From Alphaproteobacteria bacterium (lineage in GTDB: Bacteria > Pseudomonadota > Alphaproteobacteria > RF32 > CAG-239), in assembly GCA_028706255.1 (NCBI GenBank), contig JAQWBS010000001.1:23617-87616 (forward strand): 64,000 nt of DNA. Direction: 5' to 3'. A model generated the notes under the pieces. That model ran no database searches, had not been told where the DNA came from, and saw only the letters and a program-made list of their open reading frames with translations. Of this stretch, positions 37,923 to 48,200 are shown piece after piece. The stretch's first letter is position 1; every line of letters begins with the position of its first letter. Both the position numbers and the translations under genes were made by a program.

Positions 37923-38372
37923 TTAATTTTCTTCGAAAATAATTTTTGACTCTTCCAACCAAATAATTCTATCAATAATCCAACGGCTAATTTGCTCAAT
38001 TTTATCTAAGCTCACATTCATAGCCTCGCCGATTTGACCAATATACAAAACTTCTTCATCGCTCAAAACGTCGTCTTGATGTGCGAGCAAACACATATCT
38101 TTAATAAGCTCAAGAGCAGCACGGCGATCGTCAATTTTTTTAACCGCATTAAAAACTTTTTCAATGTCTTCATTGGCTGAAATCTCACTCAATCTATCAG
38201 TTGAAACCCCATGAAAAACTGCCATTTCAGATAGAAATTCTTTTTCGCTTTCATCAACATGGCCATCAACTTTTGCCAAATAAGACAAAGCTTTCATATA
38301 AGCCACTTGTTGATCTTCATTCAATGCTGATAAACACTCCATGCTTCCCCCCAGTAATGTATCTTTAATCAT
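37923..38372 (-). CDS. TerB-like (tellurite-resistance TerB / DjlA N-domain fold) protein
   Basis: Two TerB-type half repeats, LAKVDGHVDESEKEFLSEMAVFHGVS and LLAHQDDVLSDEEVLYIGQIGEAMNVS. Confidence 0.5.
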   Translation of the reverse strand: MIKDTLLGGSMECLSALNEDQQVAYMKALSYLAKVDGHVDESEKEFLSEMAVFHGVSTDRLSEISANEDIEKVFNAVKKIDDRRAALELIKDMCLLAHQDDVLSDEEVLYIGQIGEAMNVSLDKIEQISRWIIDRIIWLEESKIIFEEN

Positions 38373-38558
38373 ATTACAACCTCTTGTTACAATATTGTTT
38401 TTGCAATTGAATGATATCAGAAACACCCCCTGCTTAGCAAGGGAAAAACGACAAATTTAAAAATTATTTGTCAAAAAAATAAAAACATTTGAAAACTTGA
38501 GTTAAATTGACTATTATTTCATAAATTTATAACAGATAGACTTTGAAAATAGGAAAGA

Positions 38559-39899
38559 ATGAAATATTTTATTAAAACTTTTGGCTGCCAGATGAACGTT
38601 TATGATTCAAAACGCATCGCTGATATCCTACATAACATTGGTTATACAGAAGCCCACACACCGAAAGATGCTGACCTCATCATCTTCAACACTTGCCATA
38701 TCAGAGAAAAAGCTGCTGAAAAAGTTTTTTCAGATTTAGGACGAACAAAACTCATCAAAGACGAAAGAACTGAGAAAGACTTAGATACAGTTATTGGATT
38801 GGTAGGCTGTGTCGTTCAAGCAGAAGATGGTGAAATTGCAAAAAGAGCACCATATGTTGACTTTGCAATTGGACCATTAACTTATCACCGCTTGCCTGAA
38901 ATTTTAACCAAAATCGGTCGTGAACGTGGCACAACAATTATTGACACCGATTTTCCGGCAGAAGCAAAATTCGATTTTCTTCCTGAAAATGTGTCCCAAG
39001 GTGGTTGTTCTTTCTTGGCAATTCAAGAAGGTTGCGACAATTTTTGCACTTATTGCGTTGTTCCATACACACGAGGGGCAGAATATTCTCGCCCAATTAA
39101 AGATATTGTTGAAGAAGCAAGAAGACTTGTTGCCACTGGAAGCTTAGAAATTAATCTGCTTGGTCAAAACGTCAATTCATTCCATGGCGAAGATGAAAAT
39201 GGCAAAGACAGAAACTTGGCATATCTCCTACGTCAGTTAGCTGAAATTGATGGACTTAAGAGAATTAGATATACCACTTCATATCCATCAGACGTTGATG
39301 ATGACCTCATTGCTTGCCACAGAGATTTGGAAATGCTTATGCCATATCTTCACTTGCCGATCCAATCTGGTTCAGACAAAGTCTTGAAAGCAATGAACAG
39401 AGAATATACCTCAAAAGATTATTTGACCCTGATTGAAAAGCTGAGAAAGGCAAATCCGAAAATCGGCATGTCTTCAGACTTCATTGTTGGCTTCCCAGGG
39501 GAAACAGATGAAGACTTCCAAGCAACTTTAGACATTGTCAATGAAGTGAAATATATTCAGGCTTACTCTTTCAAATATAGTAAGCGTGCAGGAACGCCTG
39601 CGGCTGTTTATAAAAACCAAGTGATTGAAAAAATCAAAGAAGAAAGATTGCAAATTCTGCAAGACCTTCTTTTTTCATATCAGTTAAAGTTTAATAAAGA
39701 AAGTGTTGGTAAAATAATGCCAGTTCTATTTGACATGAAAGGACGCCATAAAGGACAATTCCTCGGAAGAACTCCTTATATGCAAAATGTTCACGCCAAT
39801 TTAGATGACACATATTTTAACAAAATTGTCGATGTTAAACTCATCGACGCCACAACAAACTCTTTGAGTGGTGAAATTGTAGCAGGAAAGGCAAAATAA
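38559..39899 (+). CDS. miaB: tRNA-i6A37 methylthiotransferase
   Basis: The UPF0004 domain has FGCQMN..CHIREKA. The radical-SAM cluster is CDNFCTYCVVP. A TRAM domain follows. Confidence 0.95.
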   Translation: MKYFIKTFGCQMNVYDSKRIADILHNIGYTEAHTPKDADLIIFNTCHIREKAAEKVFSDLGRTKLIKDERTEKDLDTVIGLVGCVVQAEDGEIAKRAPYVDFAIGPLTYHRLPEILTKIGRERGTTIIDTDFPAEAKFDFLPENVSQGGCSFLAIQEGCDNFCTYCVVPYTRGAEYSRPIKDIVEEARRLVATGSLEINLLGQNVNSFHGEDENGKDRNLAYLLRQLAEIDGLKRIRYTTSYPSDVDDDLIACHRDLEMLMPYLHLPIQSGSDKVLKAMNREYTSKDYLTLIEKLRKANPKIGMSSDFIVGFPGETDEDFQATLDIVNEVKYIQAYSFKYSKRAGTPAAVYKNQVIEKIKEERLQILQDLLFSYQLKFNKESVGKIMPVLFDMKGRHKGQFLGRTPYMQNVHANLDDTYFNKIVDVKLIDATTNSLSGEIVAGKAK

Positions 39900-39901
39900 A
39901 T

Positions 39902-40864
39902 ATGTCCGAAATTAGTTTTGAACTTTTTAGTAATCAGCTTGTCCAAAAATTAGTCGGTCCTTCAGACGGCAATTTGAGGCTGATTGAAAAAACGCTCAAT
40001 GTTGAAATTGGTTCTTTTGGAAATCAAATGACCATTTCAGGAAGCAAAAATGCAATTGAACAAGCCAAAACGACAATTGATGTTTTATATCATAAAGTCA
40101 GCAAAGGCATTGAAATTAACGAACAAGAAGTAAAGGCGGCAATGAGAATGACAAACGGTGGATTAGATAAAGACACAGCAAAAAACTTGAGTGACATTGT
40201 TTTAAAAACCAAGAAAAGACACATTTACCCACGCTCTGCAACCCAAGCAGAATATATCCAAACCATGATGGACAACGAACTTGTCTTTGGCTTAGGACCA
40301 GCTGGAACAGGTAAGACATATCTTGCCGTTGCCTTGGCTGTTTCCATGATGTTGGAGGGCAAAATTGATAAAATCATTCTTTCACGTCCTGCTGTTGAAG
40401 CCGGTGAAAACCTCGGATTCCTCCCTGGAGACTTGAAAGAAAAAGTAGATCCATATCTTCGCCCGCTTTATGATGCACTCTATGAAATGTTGCCGGCAGA
40501 ACAAGTCGATAAGAAATTGGCAATTGGCGAAATTGAAATTGCTCCGCTTGCCTTCATGAGAGGTAGAACTTTGGCAAATGCCTTCATCATTCTTGATGAA
40601 GCTCAAAACACAACGCCAATGCAAATGAAAATGTTCTTAACTCGTTTGGGTGAAAATTCTCGCATGGTCGTTAATGGTGACTTAAGCCAAGTTGACCTTC
40701 CAAAGGGTGTTGATTCTGGTTTGAAAGAAGCAATCGGCATTCTTAAAAAAGTCGACGGCATTGGTTCAATCACTTTCACTGCGGCAGACGTTGTTAGACA
40801 TGGATTAGTTGCCAAAATCGTGAAAGCTTATGAAGATAAAAACAAAAAAGACAGAAATGACTGA
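39902..40864 (+). CDS. ybeZ: PhoH-like ATPase
   Basis: Walker A GPAGTGKTYLAV, with a KH-like N-terminus. Confidence 0.9.
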   Translation: MSEISFELFSNQLVQKLVGPSDGNLRLIEKTLNVEIGSFGNQMTISGSKNAIEQAKTTIDVLYHKVSKGIEINEQEVKAAMRMTNGGLDKDTAKNLSDIVLKTKKRHIYPRSATQAEYIQTMMDNELVFGLGPAGTGKTYLAVALAVSMMLEGKIDKIILSRPAVEAGENLGFLPGDLKEKVDPYLRPLYDALYEMLPAEQVDKKLAIGEIEIAPLAFMRGRTLANAFIILDEAQNTTPMQMKMFLTRLGENSRMVVNGDLSQVDLPKGVDSGLKEAIGILKKVDGIGSITFTAADVVRHGLVAKIVKAYEDKNKKDRND

Positions 40865-41381
40865 TATCAACTTAAGCATTGAAATTTCAGATACCCGTTG
40901 GGAAGAGAAACTTTCAAATTTAAATGAACTTTCAAATCAAATCATCGTCAAAACCTTTGACTATGTTCAAAAGAACGAAGACATTGATTTTTTGAACCTA
41001 AAAAAAGGCATTAATATTAACTTGTGCCTTAGCAATGATGATGAAGTCAGAAAGCTCAATCATCAATATCGTGACAAAGACAAAGCAACAAATGTTTTGT
41101 CTTTTGCCAACATCGATGACGAAACGTTTGAAGATGAACTTAAGCTCTTTCCTGATATTGAATTGGGTGACATCATTATTGCCCTTGAAACACTAGAAAG
41201 AGAAGCTGAGGAAAAGAAAATTTCTCTGCAAGACCACTATTCCCACCTCTTCATTCATGGCATTTTGCACCTTTTGGGCTTCGACCACATAGAAGACGAT
41301 GAGGCGGAATATATGGAAGCGTTTGAAATTCAAATTCTTCAAGAACTCAACATTAAAAACCCATATTTGGATATGAAATAA
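40857..41381 (+). CDS. ybeY: Endoribonuclease YbeY
   Basis: HGILHLLGFDHIEDDEAEYMEAFE is the H3xH5xH zinc motif. The ATGA overlap with ybeZ supports the start at 40857. Confidence 0.9.
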   Translation: MTDINLSIEISDTRWEEKLSNLNELSNQIIVKTFDYVQKNEDIDFLNLKKGININLCLSNDDEVRKLNHQYRDKDKATNVLSFANIDDETFEDELKLFPDIELGDIIIALETLEREAEEKKISLQDHYSHLFIHGILHLLGFDHIEDDEAEYMEAFEIQILQELNIKNPYLDMK

Positions 41382-41383
41382 TC

Positions 41384-42274
41384 ATGAGTGAAGATAACTC
41401 GAAAACAGAAAGCTTAATGGATAAATTTAGAAAGTTTTGTAACTTTAAGCCAAAGGAAACTGTCAGAGAAGCCATTGAAGACTTGCTCGATGATTCAAAT
41501 GGAAACGAGCTTAAAACAATTAGTGACCATGAAAAACTATTGTTGAATAACGTCCTTTATTTGCACAATAAAAAGTGCCACCAAGTGATGACCTCTCGTG
41601 CAAATATCATTGCTTTTCAAAAAAATGGGAAAATCATAGACCTTGCAGAAATGATGATTAATAAAGGACACTCCCGCCTGCCAATTTATGGTGAAAACCT
41701 TGATGACATCGTCGGCATTGTACATATTATTGACTTGGCAAAATTCCTCATTGCTGGTGACAAAGAAGCTCCTGTGGAAAGCATCATCAAAAACGGTGTA
41801 AAATTTGTTTCTCCTTCAATCAGAGTTCCAGACTTACTTCTTGAGATGCAAAGTGAAAAAGTGCATATGGCAATTGTGGTTGATGAATATGGTGGCATTG
41901 ACGGGCTTGTGACTATTGAAGATTTGCTTGAAGAAATTGTTGGTGACATTGAAGATGAATATGATATTGATGAAACTTCTATTACCATTCAAAAAGATGA
42001 CAATAAGGTTATTGCTGATGCAAAAGCGACTTTGGAAGAAATTGAAGAAGTTGTTGGCTCGACGCTTTTTGCTGACCTAGATTTGGAGGAATTAGAAATT
42101 GAAACCCTTGGTGGATTGATTCTCCACTACACACAAAGAATTCCAAATCTTGGAGAAGTCATTAAAGCTGAAAATGAAATTGAATATCGCATTTTAGATG
42201 TTGACCCAAGAAAAGTTAAAAAAGTGATGATTATTTTACCACAGAAAGAAAGCAATGCTAAAAAAACTATTTGA
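41384..42274 (+). CDS. corC: CorC/HlyC-family protein (tandem CBS + CorC_HlyC transporter-associated domain)
   Basis: The domain architecture and its position after ybeY. Confidence 0.85.
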   Translation: MSEDNSKTESLMDKFRKFCNFKPKETVREAIEDLLDDSNGNELKTISDHEKLLLNNVLYLHNKKCHQVMTSRANIIAFQKNGKIIDLAEMMINKGHSRLPIYGENLDDIVGIVHIIDLAKFLIAGDKEAPVESIIKNGVKFVSPSIRVPDLLLEMQSEKVHMAIVVDEYGGIDGLVTIEDLLEEIVGDIEDEYDIDETSITIQKDDNKVIADAKATLEEIEEVVGSTLFADLDLEELEIETLGGLILHYTQRIPNLGEVIKAENEIEYRILDVDPRKVKKVMIILPQKESNAKKTI

Positions 42275-43793
42275 CCATAAAAAATCGATTTCTTTTATTT
42301 TAGGACTATTGGCCGTTGGAGCACTTCCGCCATATTATCATTTATATCTTTTGTTCATTAGTTTTACAGGCTTCTTTTTCCTTTTAAACCAAGCGCAAAC
42401 CTCTAGAAAAGCATTCACATATGGCTATTGGTTTGGGTTCTCTTTCTTCGCTTTCGGTTTTTCATGGGTAGGCAATGCCTTATTGATTGATGCTGCAAAC
42501 TTTGGTTGGCTCTATCCAATAAGCCTGCTCGGCTCAGGGTTGTTTTTTGGGTTCTTTACTGCTTTTCCTGCTTATTTCACCCATAAATTTTTCAAAAACA
42601 TTTACTGTCGTTTTTTGGCCTTAGCAATTTTTTGGACTCTGTTCGAGTGGCTCAGAAGCTTCATTCTAACAGGGTTCCCTTGGAATCTTTTAGGCTCCAT
42701 TCTTGCTTTTGATATCACATTTATTCAACTCTCTGACATCTTCGGCACTTATGGACTTTCTCTGCTTGTCGTTTTACTTTGTAGTGTTCCAGCTGTGTTT
42801 TTACTCGAGAGAAACTCAAAGAACTTAATCCTTATGATAACCTTGCTCTTATTCATTCCTTTGGGGCTTTATACCTATGGAAGTTTTAAACTAAAATCTA
42901 ATCAAACCATTGAAAAATCAGACATAACAATTAGAATTGTTCAGCCAAGTATTCCACAAAAAATAAAATGGGATGAAAAGGCTTTAAAAAATAATTTAGA
43001 TGAGTATATTAGTATAAGTAAAACTAAAAGCTTGAAAGATATTGACTTTACAATCTGGGGGGAGACGGCAAGTCCTTTTCCGTTAGATATGGATCTTCAA
43101 TATTTGGAAAAAGTTACTGATGCCGTTTCAGATAGTGGCTATTTGGTAACTGGCAGTATTAGATATGTGTATAATTCAACAGAGAGAATGTATCAACCAG
43201 CGAATGCATTGATGGTGATTGATAAACAAGGAAATATCAAAGATATTTATGATAAATCTCACCTCGTACCTTTTGGTGAATATATTCCTCTCAAGAAATT
43301 TTTGCCTCCTTGGATAAGACCAATAACAAATGTTGTTGCAAATTTTAAACAAGGAAGTGGCAATAAAACAATTAAACTCAATAACTATCCTTCTTTTGGC
43401 GGTTTGATTTGCTATGAAATTATTTTTCCATCGCAGATAACTGATAAAAAGAATCGTCCACAATGGTTAGTCAATGTCACGAATGACGGTTGGTATGGAG
43501 AGAGTAGCGGACCATATCAACATCTTGTCACTACCCAACTAAGAGCGGTCGAAGAAGGGTTAACTATTGTTAGGGTTGCGAACTCAGGAATTAGTGCTGT
43601 AATATCCAAAAATGGCGAAATTCTAGGGGAAATTCCTCTAAATGCCAAAGGCTTTTTAGATATTAATCTACCTAGAAACCTTGAGACCGAAACCTTATAT
43701 TCTATATGTGGAAATTATTTGATTGTCATTTTATGCTTAGCTTGTGCTTTTCTCCTGTTTTTTGGTGAAAAAAGCACTTTCAGAAAGACATAA
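42255..43793 (+). CDS. lnt: Apolipoprotein N-acyltransferase
   Basis: An N-terminal multi-TM region plus a CN-hydrolase domain (ICYEIIFP). Confidence 0.9.
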   Translation: MLKKLFDHKKSISFILGLLAVGALPPYYHLYLLFISFTGFFFLLNQAQTSRKAFTYGYWFGFSFFAFGFSWVGNALLIDAANFGWLYPISLLGSGLFFGFFTAFPAYFTHKFFKNIYCRFLALAIFWTLFEWLRSFILTGFPWNLLGSILAFDITFIQLSDIFGTYGLSLLVVLLCSVPAVFLLERNSKNLILMITLLLFIPLGLYTYGSFKLKSNQTIEKSDITIRIVQPSIPQKIKWDEKALKNNLDEYISISKTKSLKDIDFTIWGETASPFPLDMDLQYLEKVTDAVSDSGYLVTGSIRYVYNSTERMYQPANALMVIDKQGNIKDIYDKSHLVPFGEYIPLKKFLPPWIRPITNVVANFKQGSGNKTIKLNNYPSFGGLICYEIIFPSQITDKKNRPQWLVNVTNDGWYGESSGPYQHLVTTQLRAVEEGLTIVRVANSGISAVISKNGEILGEIPLNAKGFLDINLPRNLETETLYSICGNYLIVILCLACAFLLFFGEKSTFRKT

Positions 43794-43851
43794 AAAGATT
43801 TTCAATGGTAAATTATTTTGATATAAAATCTTATGGATTCTATCATATAAG

Positions 43852-43880
43852 TTGACGAAAAAGATATAAAAGCATATATA
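43852..43880 (+). promoter_or_regulatory. Candidate sigma70 promoter of the XRE regulator gene (TTGACG-17-TATATA)
   Basis: Hexamers 30 nt upstream of the ATG at 43911. Confidence 0.35.
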
Positions 43881-43910
43881 TACAAAGACAAAATATTTAA
43901 GGAACTATAC

Positions 43911-44408
43911 ATGAAAACAAAAATTAAAAGATCTAGCAGAGGAAGAACACCAAGCGGTCAACCAAACCCTATTGATGTCCATGTTGGAAACAGAATCAGA
44001 TTAAGACGTACTTTGCTTAACTTAAGTCAAGAAAAGTTAGCATCTCTCTTAGGTTTGACGTTTCAACAAGTTCAAAAGTATGAACGAGGAACCAACAGAG
44101 TTGGTGCAAGCAGACTTTGGGACATTGGAAAAGTTTTAGAAGTTCCAATCAACTTCTTTTATGATGATATGGACAATGAAGTCGCCAGCCAAAGCCCAAG
44201 AATGTTCAGCATCCCTGATGCAACACCTCTTGCCTTCGCTGAAGATGAAGAAGTGTTCAATGATGATCCAATGCACCGACAAGAAACTTTGGAACTTGTA
44301 AAAGCATATTACAAAATTCCAAATAGAACCGCTGCTAAAAATTTGTTTGATTTGGCTGTTTCGATGTCTAAGACAAACTACCAAAAAGAAAAAGACACTG
44401 AAGAATAA
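43911..44408 (+). CDS. HTH XRE-family transcriptional regulator
   Basis: VGNRIRLRRTLLNLSQEKLASLLGLTFQQVQKYERGTNRVGASRL is an HTH_3 helix-turn-helix. Confidence 0.85.
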   Translation: MKTKIKRSSRGRTPSGQPNPIDVHVGNRIRLRRTLLNLSQEKLASLLGLTFQQVQKYERGTNRVGASRLWDIGKVLEVPINFFYDDMDNEVASQSPRMFSIPDATPLAFAEDEEVFNDDPMHRQETLELVKAYYKIPNRTAAKNLFDLAVSMSKTNYQKEKDTEE

Positions 44409-44426
44409 AAATCAAATAATTCTCAC

Positions 44427-44456
44427 AAAAAGCTGGTAATTTGCCAGCTTTTTTTG
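44427..44456 (+). terminator. Rho-independent terminator (AGCTGG-taatttg-CCAGCT + T7)
   Basis: A perfect 6-bp stem plus a T-run after the XRE gene. Confidence 0.6.
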
Positions 44457-44489
44457 TATGACTAAAAAAAACAGAACACTGAGGATAAA

Positions 44490-45206
44490 ATGATAAACGA
44501 GAAACCAAAGTTTTATGGAAGAAGACAAGGTAGAAAAATCAGAAAAGCAAAAGGCAATCTTTTAGATGTTTTTCTCCCTCAAATCAAGATTGATACGCAA
44601 AAAAACTTCCAAGAAACTTTCAACCAATCTTTTGCTAAAACCTGTCTTGAAATTGGATTCGGAGATGGCACACATCTTGCCGGCATTGCGAAAAATAATC
44701 CTGAGATAGGCTTTATCGGGGTTGAAGTTTTCAAAAATGGAGTCGCCAATCTCCTAACTTTGCTCACAGGCATCAAAGAAGGCCATGAACTTCCACAAGA
44801 AATTAACCTAGCGGATGGCAGAAATGATAACATTAGGGTTTTCGATGATGATGTTAGAATCTTATTTAATTACATTCCAGATGCCTCTCTTGATAAGGTT
44901 TTTGTTCTGTTTCCAGACCCTTGGCCAAAGAAACGCCATGCACATCGCAGACTAATTAATCAAGAAAATTTACAAGTTATTTCTCGCATTTTGAAAAAAG
45001 ATGGTATTTTAGTTATTGCCACGGACCACCGTGTTTACAAGGGCTGGGCGTTAAGACAAACACTTGAGAGCAATCTCTTTGACTGGACAGCAAAAACCTC
45101 TAATGACTGGCGAAATGAACCAGAAGGCTGGGTACAAACGAAGTATCAAAAGAAAGCAATCAGAGAAGGAAGAAAACCTGTTTTTCTCATTTTCAAAAAG
45201 AAATAA
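44490..45206 (+). CDS. trmB: tRNA (guanine46-N7)-methyltransferase
   Basis: VLFPDPWPKKRHAHRRL is the TrmB signature. Confidence 0.9.
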   Translation: MINEKPKFYGRRQGRKIRKAKGNLLDVFLPQIKIDTQKNFQETFNQSFAKTCLEIGFGDGTHLAGIAKNNPEIGFIGVEVFKNGVANLLTLLTGIKEGHELPQEINLADGRNDNIRVFDDDVRILFNYIPDASLDKVFVLFPDPWPKKRHAHRRLINQENLQVISRILKKDGILVIATDHRVYKGWALRQTLESNLFDWTAKTSNDWRNEPEGWVQTKYQKKAIREGRKPVFLIFKKK

Positions 45207-45223
45207 TTCCTTTCAGATACCTT

Positions 45224-45260
45224 AAAAAAGGAGAATGTCTTTTTCACATTCTCCTTTTTT
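45224..45260. terminator. Bidirectional rho-independent terminator (AGGAGAATGT-loop-ACATTCTCCT)
   Basis: A perfect 10-bp stem flanked by A5 and T5. It serves trmB on the plus strand and the autotransporter on the minus strand. Confidence 0.7.
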
Positions 45261-45277
45261 ACATAAATGACCCTGAT

Positions 45278-48200
45278 CTAAAAATTATATCTAATCGTCA
45301 AATAAAGTTGATCATCGGAATACCCTGAACGGCTATCTCTTGCATAACCAAAGTTTAACGCAAAAGGTGTATAAATGTTATTAATTTTCAAATTCATCTT
45401 ACCACGAATACTATCTCGACTATCTGGTGTTCCACTCACCGCCCATGGGCTTTCAGGACTTCCAACAAAATATGAATTAACACTCACATTTCTATCTCCA
45501 ACATTTCGTGCATATGCTAATTCAATGGCAGGCGAGAGAATAAAAGTATCAAAGACCATATTTTGAGAAAGTCTTAACCCAATTGGAAGCTCAACTGTAT
45601 TATAACTTGTTTTCTCAAAGTGACGGGCCCCGACACCTTTTTCATCATAAGCCTCAGTAAACATATAAGAATAATCAACACCGACAAAAGGCTCAATAAC
45701 ATAACGACTATTTCCCAAATCATAACCAAACTCAACATTTGAGAACAACACGCCTATATCATACTCTCCTCGGGCATTGAGACTGCTTGTTGTTAATTTC
45801 GTTTTATTGAGAATAATACCTCCACCAACGCTTCCCGTTGTATAAAGTCTTTTTGGTTTATATTTCCAATAACCTGACAATAAATATTCATCAACATCAG
45901 AGTGGCTATAAACATCACTTGCTCCTGTCCCTTCCACTTCTCCAAAAGCATAGCTAAAGGCAAGTCCTAAGGTTAAGGCATTTGGAATAATGTCATGATC
46001 ATATCCCCAAGCCAAGCTTGTTGGACGATATTCATAACCTAAACTATCCCAACGTCCTTTTTTCTCAACCCAATTTTTGCCGACATTAAACCATAAATGT
46101 TGGTCAGAAAAACCATTTAACATCCCACAACTCTGGCAATCTTTATTCTGAATGCGGGAATATATCTGACGATTAAATTGTCTAATCGTTGCTTTATGAA
46201 GCTCTTGATAAGATTTCGTATCCTCACCACCAACTGTTGCCAACTCTGATTTATATGCACTACTAACAGCCCCTGTATAATAAATATTTTCATAAACATC
46301 CCTATCTTTTTGGCTCAAATCATCACGTTTACGATAAATATCTGCAAAAGAAGACAACCCCTCATACCCTTCCAAATCTTTAACTTCAATTGAGGTTACA
46401 CCACCTTGACTTTCAACTTTAAGCAAATTATTTTCAAATCCTTCAAATTTACTATAATCCACATTGTATATATGTTGTTCTTCACCCGTTAAAGAAGAAA
46501 CATTATAAGGACGAAGCAAGGAAACGCCATTCACTGTTATGTCATTCCCAATATTCGCAATTTGACCATTTGTCACTTTTGGTTTAAAAACAGTTCCACC
46601 ATTAAAACTGATTGTTGCATTGCTTAAATCAAAAGAAAGTCTCTGTCCCAGAGGATCGTTCAAAACATCTTGCTTATTGTCAAACATGGCATAGAACGTT
46701 CCCTCTTCAATGTTTAATTCTCCACCGTATGCACTATTATCTCCCCAAAGAGATAAAGTTCCCTCTCCTATCTTATTAATTTCTCCATAAGCGCCAAAAG
46801 ACCCATCATCATTTCCACTTCTTAATGGATCCCAAATATTGATTGAAGATTGAGCGATTGAATTCAGGTTAACAACTCCCCCATTCCCCAAAAAGATTGA
46901 TTCCAATTTCTTCTCTTCTTGTGCAGTATCAGCATTCGTGATGATATAATTATTTGCAATGAAAATATTCTTCTTAGATTCTGTTGTTGCAATCGTGACA
47001 GCACCAGAATATGCATTATAAATCGCACCTCCTAAAGCAACATCATTGGCAGATTTTGCATAATTTCCAACAATATCCCCTGATAAGATGATTATACCAC
47101 CAAATGCGTTATAAATCGCTCCACCATAAGCACCTGTTTCCCCAAAAACATAATTTTGTACAAAATCTCCAGAAAGAGATGAGAATTGAGAACCACCTAT
47201 ATTATAGATTCCTCCGCCGGATGACGTAGCCATGATGGATTTTGCATAATTTTCAGTAACATCTCCAGATAAAGTAATTATACTACCAGATGCATTATAA
47301 ATCGCTCCACCATAAACACTTGTTTGACCCCAAACATAATTACGCACGAAATCCCCAGAAAGGGATGAGAATTGAGAACCAGATGCATTATAGACTGCTC
47401 CGCCATACGACGTAGCAGTAGCAGATTTTGCATAATTTTCTACCATATTTCCAGATATAGTTATTATACCGCTATTATCATTATAAATTGCCCCTCCACT
47501 AGCATCTGTCTGAGCAGAAGCATAGTTTCTATAAAAATAGCCTACATTATTCATTCTAGATGAAGAAGTGACGTAAATCGCCCCACCCCTCGCCCAATCA
47601 GAACTTGAAAAAGCATAATTTTCAATAAAACTACTTTCTAAACTATTCAAAATAGATGTATTCTCAGCATAAATTGCCCCTCCAGAAGCTTGTTCATAAG
47701 CAAAAACATAATTACCCTTGAAATCTCCAGAAAGGGAATCAATTTTCCCAGCATCCACATAGATTGCCCCACCCTGCGCATTATCTGAGCTTGAAATGGC
47801 ATAATTTTCAAAAAAAGCTCCATTCAGCTGAGTAATTCTCGTACTATTATACATTCCAATTGCCCCACCAGCAACCTCTTCAACTCCAGAAACATAATTT
47901 TGAATAAAATTGCTTTTAACGCTATCTAAAAGCGTGCCGTTCCCAAGAACTTGAATAGCCCCTGAATAAGCACTATCGGAAGAAGATGTCGCAGAGTTTC
48001 CAATAAAATCTCCCTCAATCTCAGAAATAGTTGAGTCATAACCTTGAAAGATTGCCCCACCATATGCTTTTCCATAAGCTTCCACATTATTTTTTATAAA
48101 ATTTCCTTTAATAGATTTAATTTTTCCATATTGATTATAAATCGCCCCGCCTTGACCAACACCAGAGAAAGAAATTGCGGAATTTCCAATAAAATCGCCG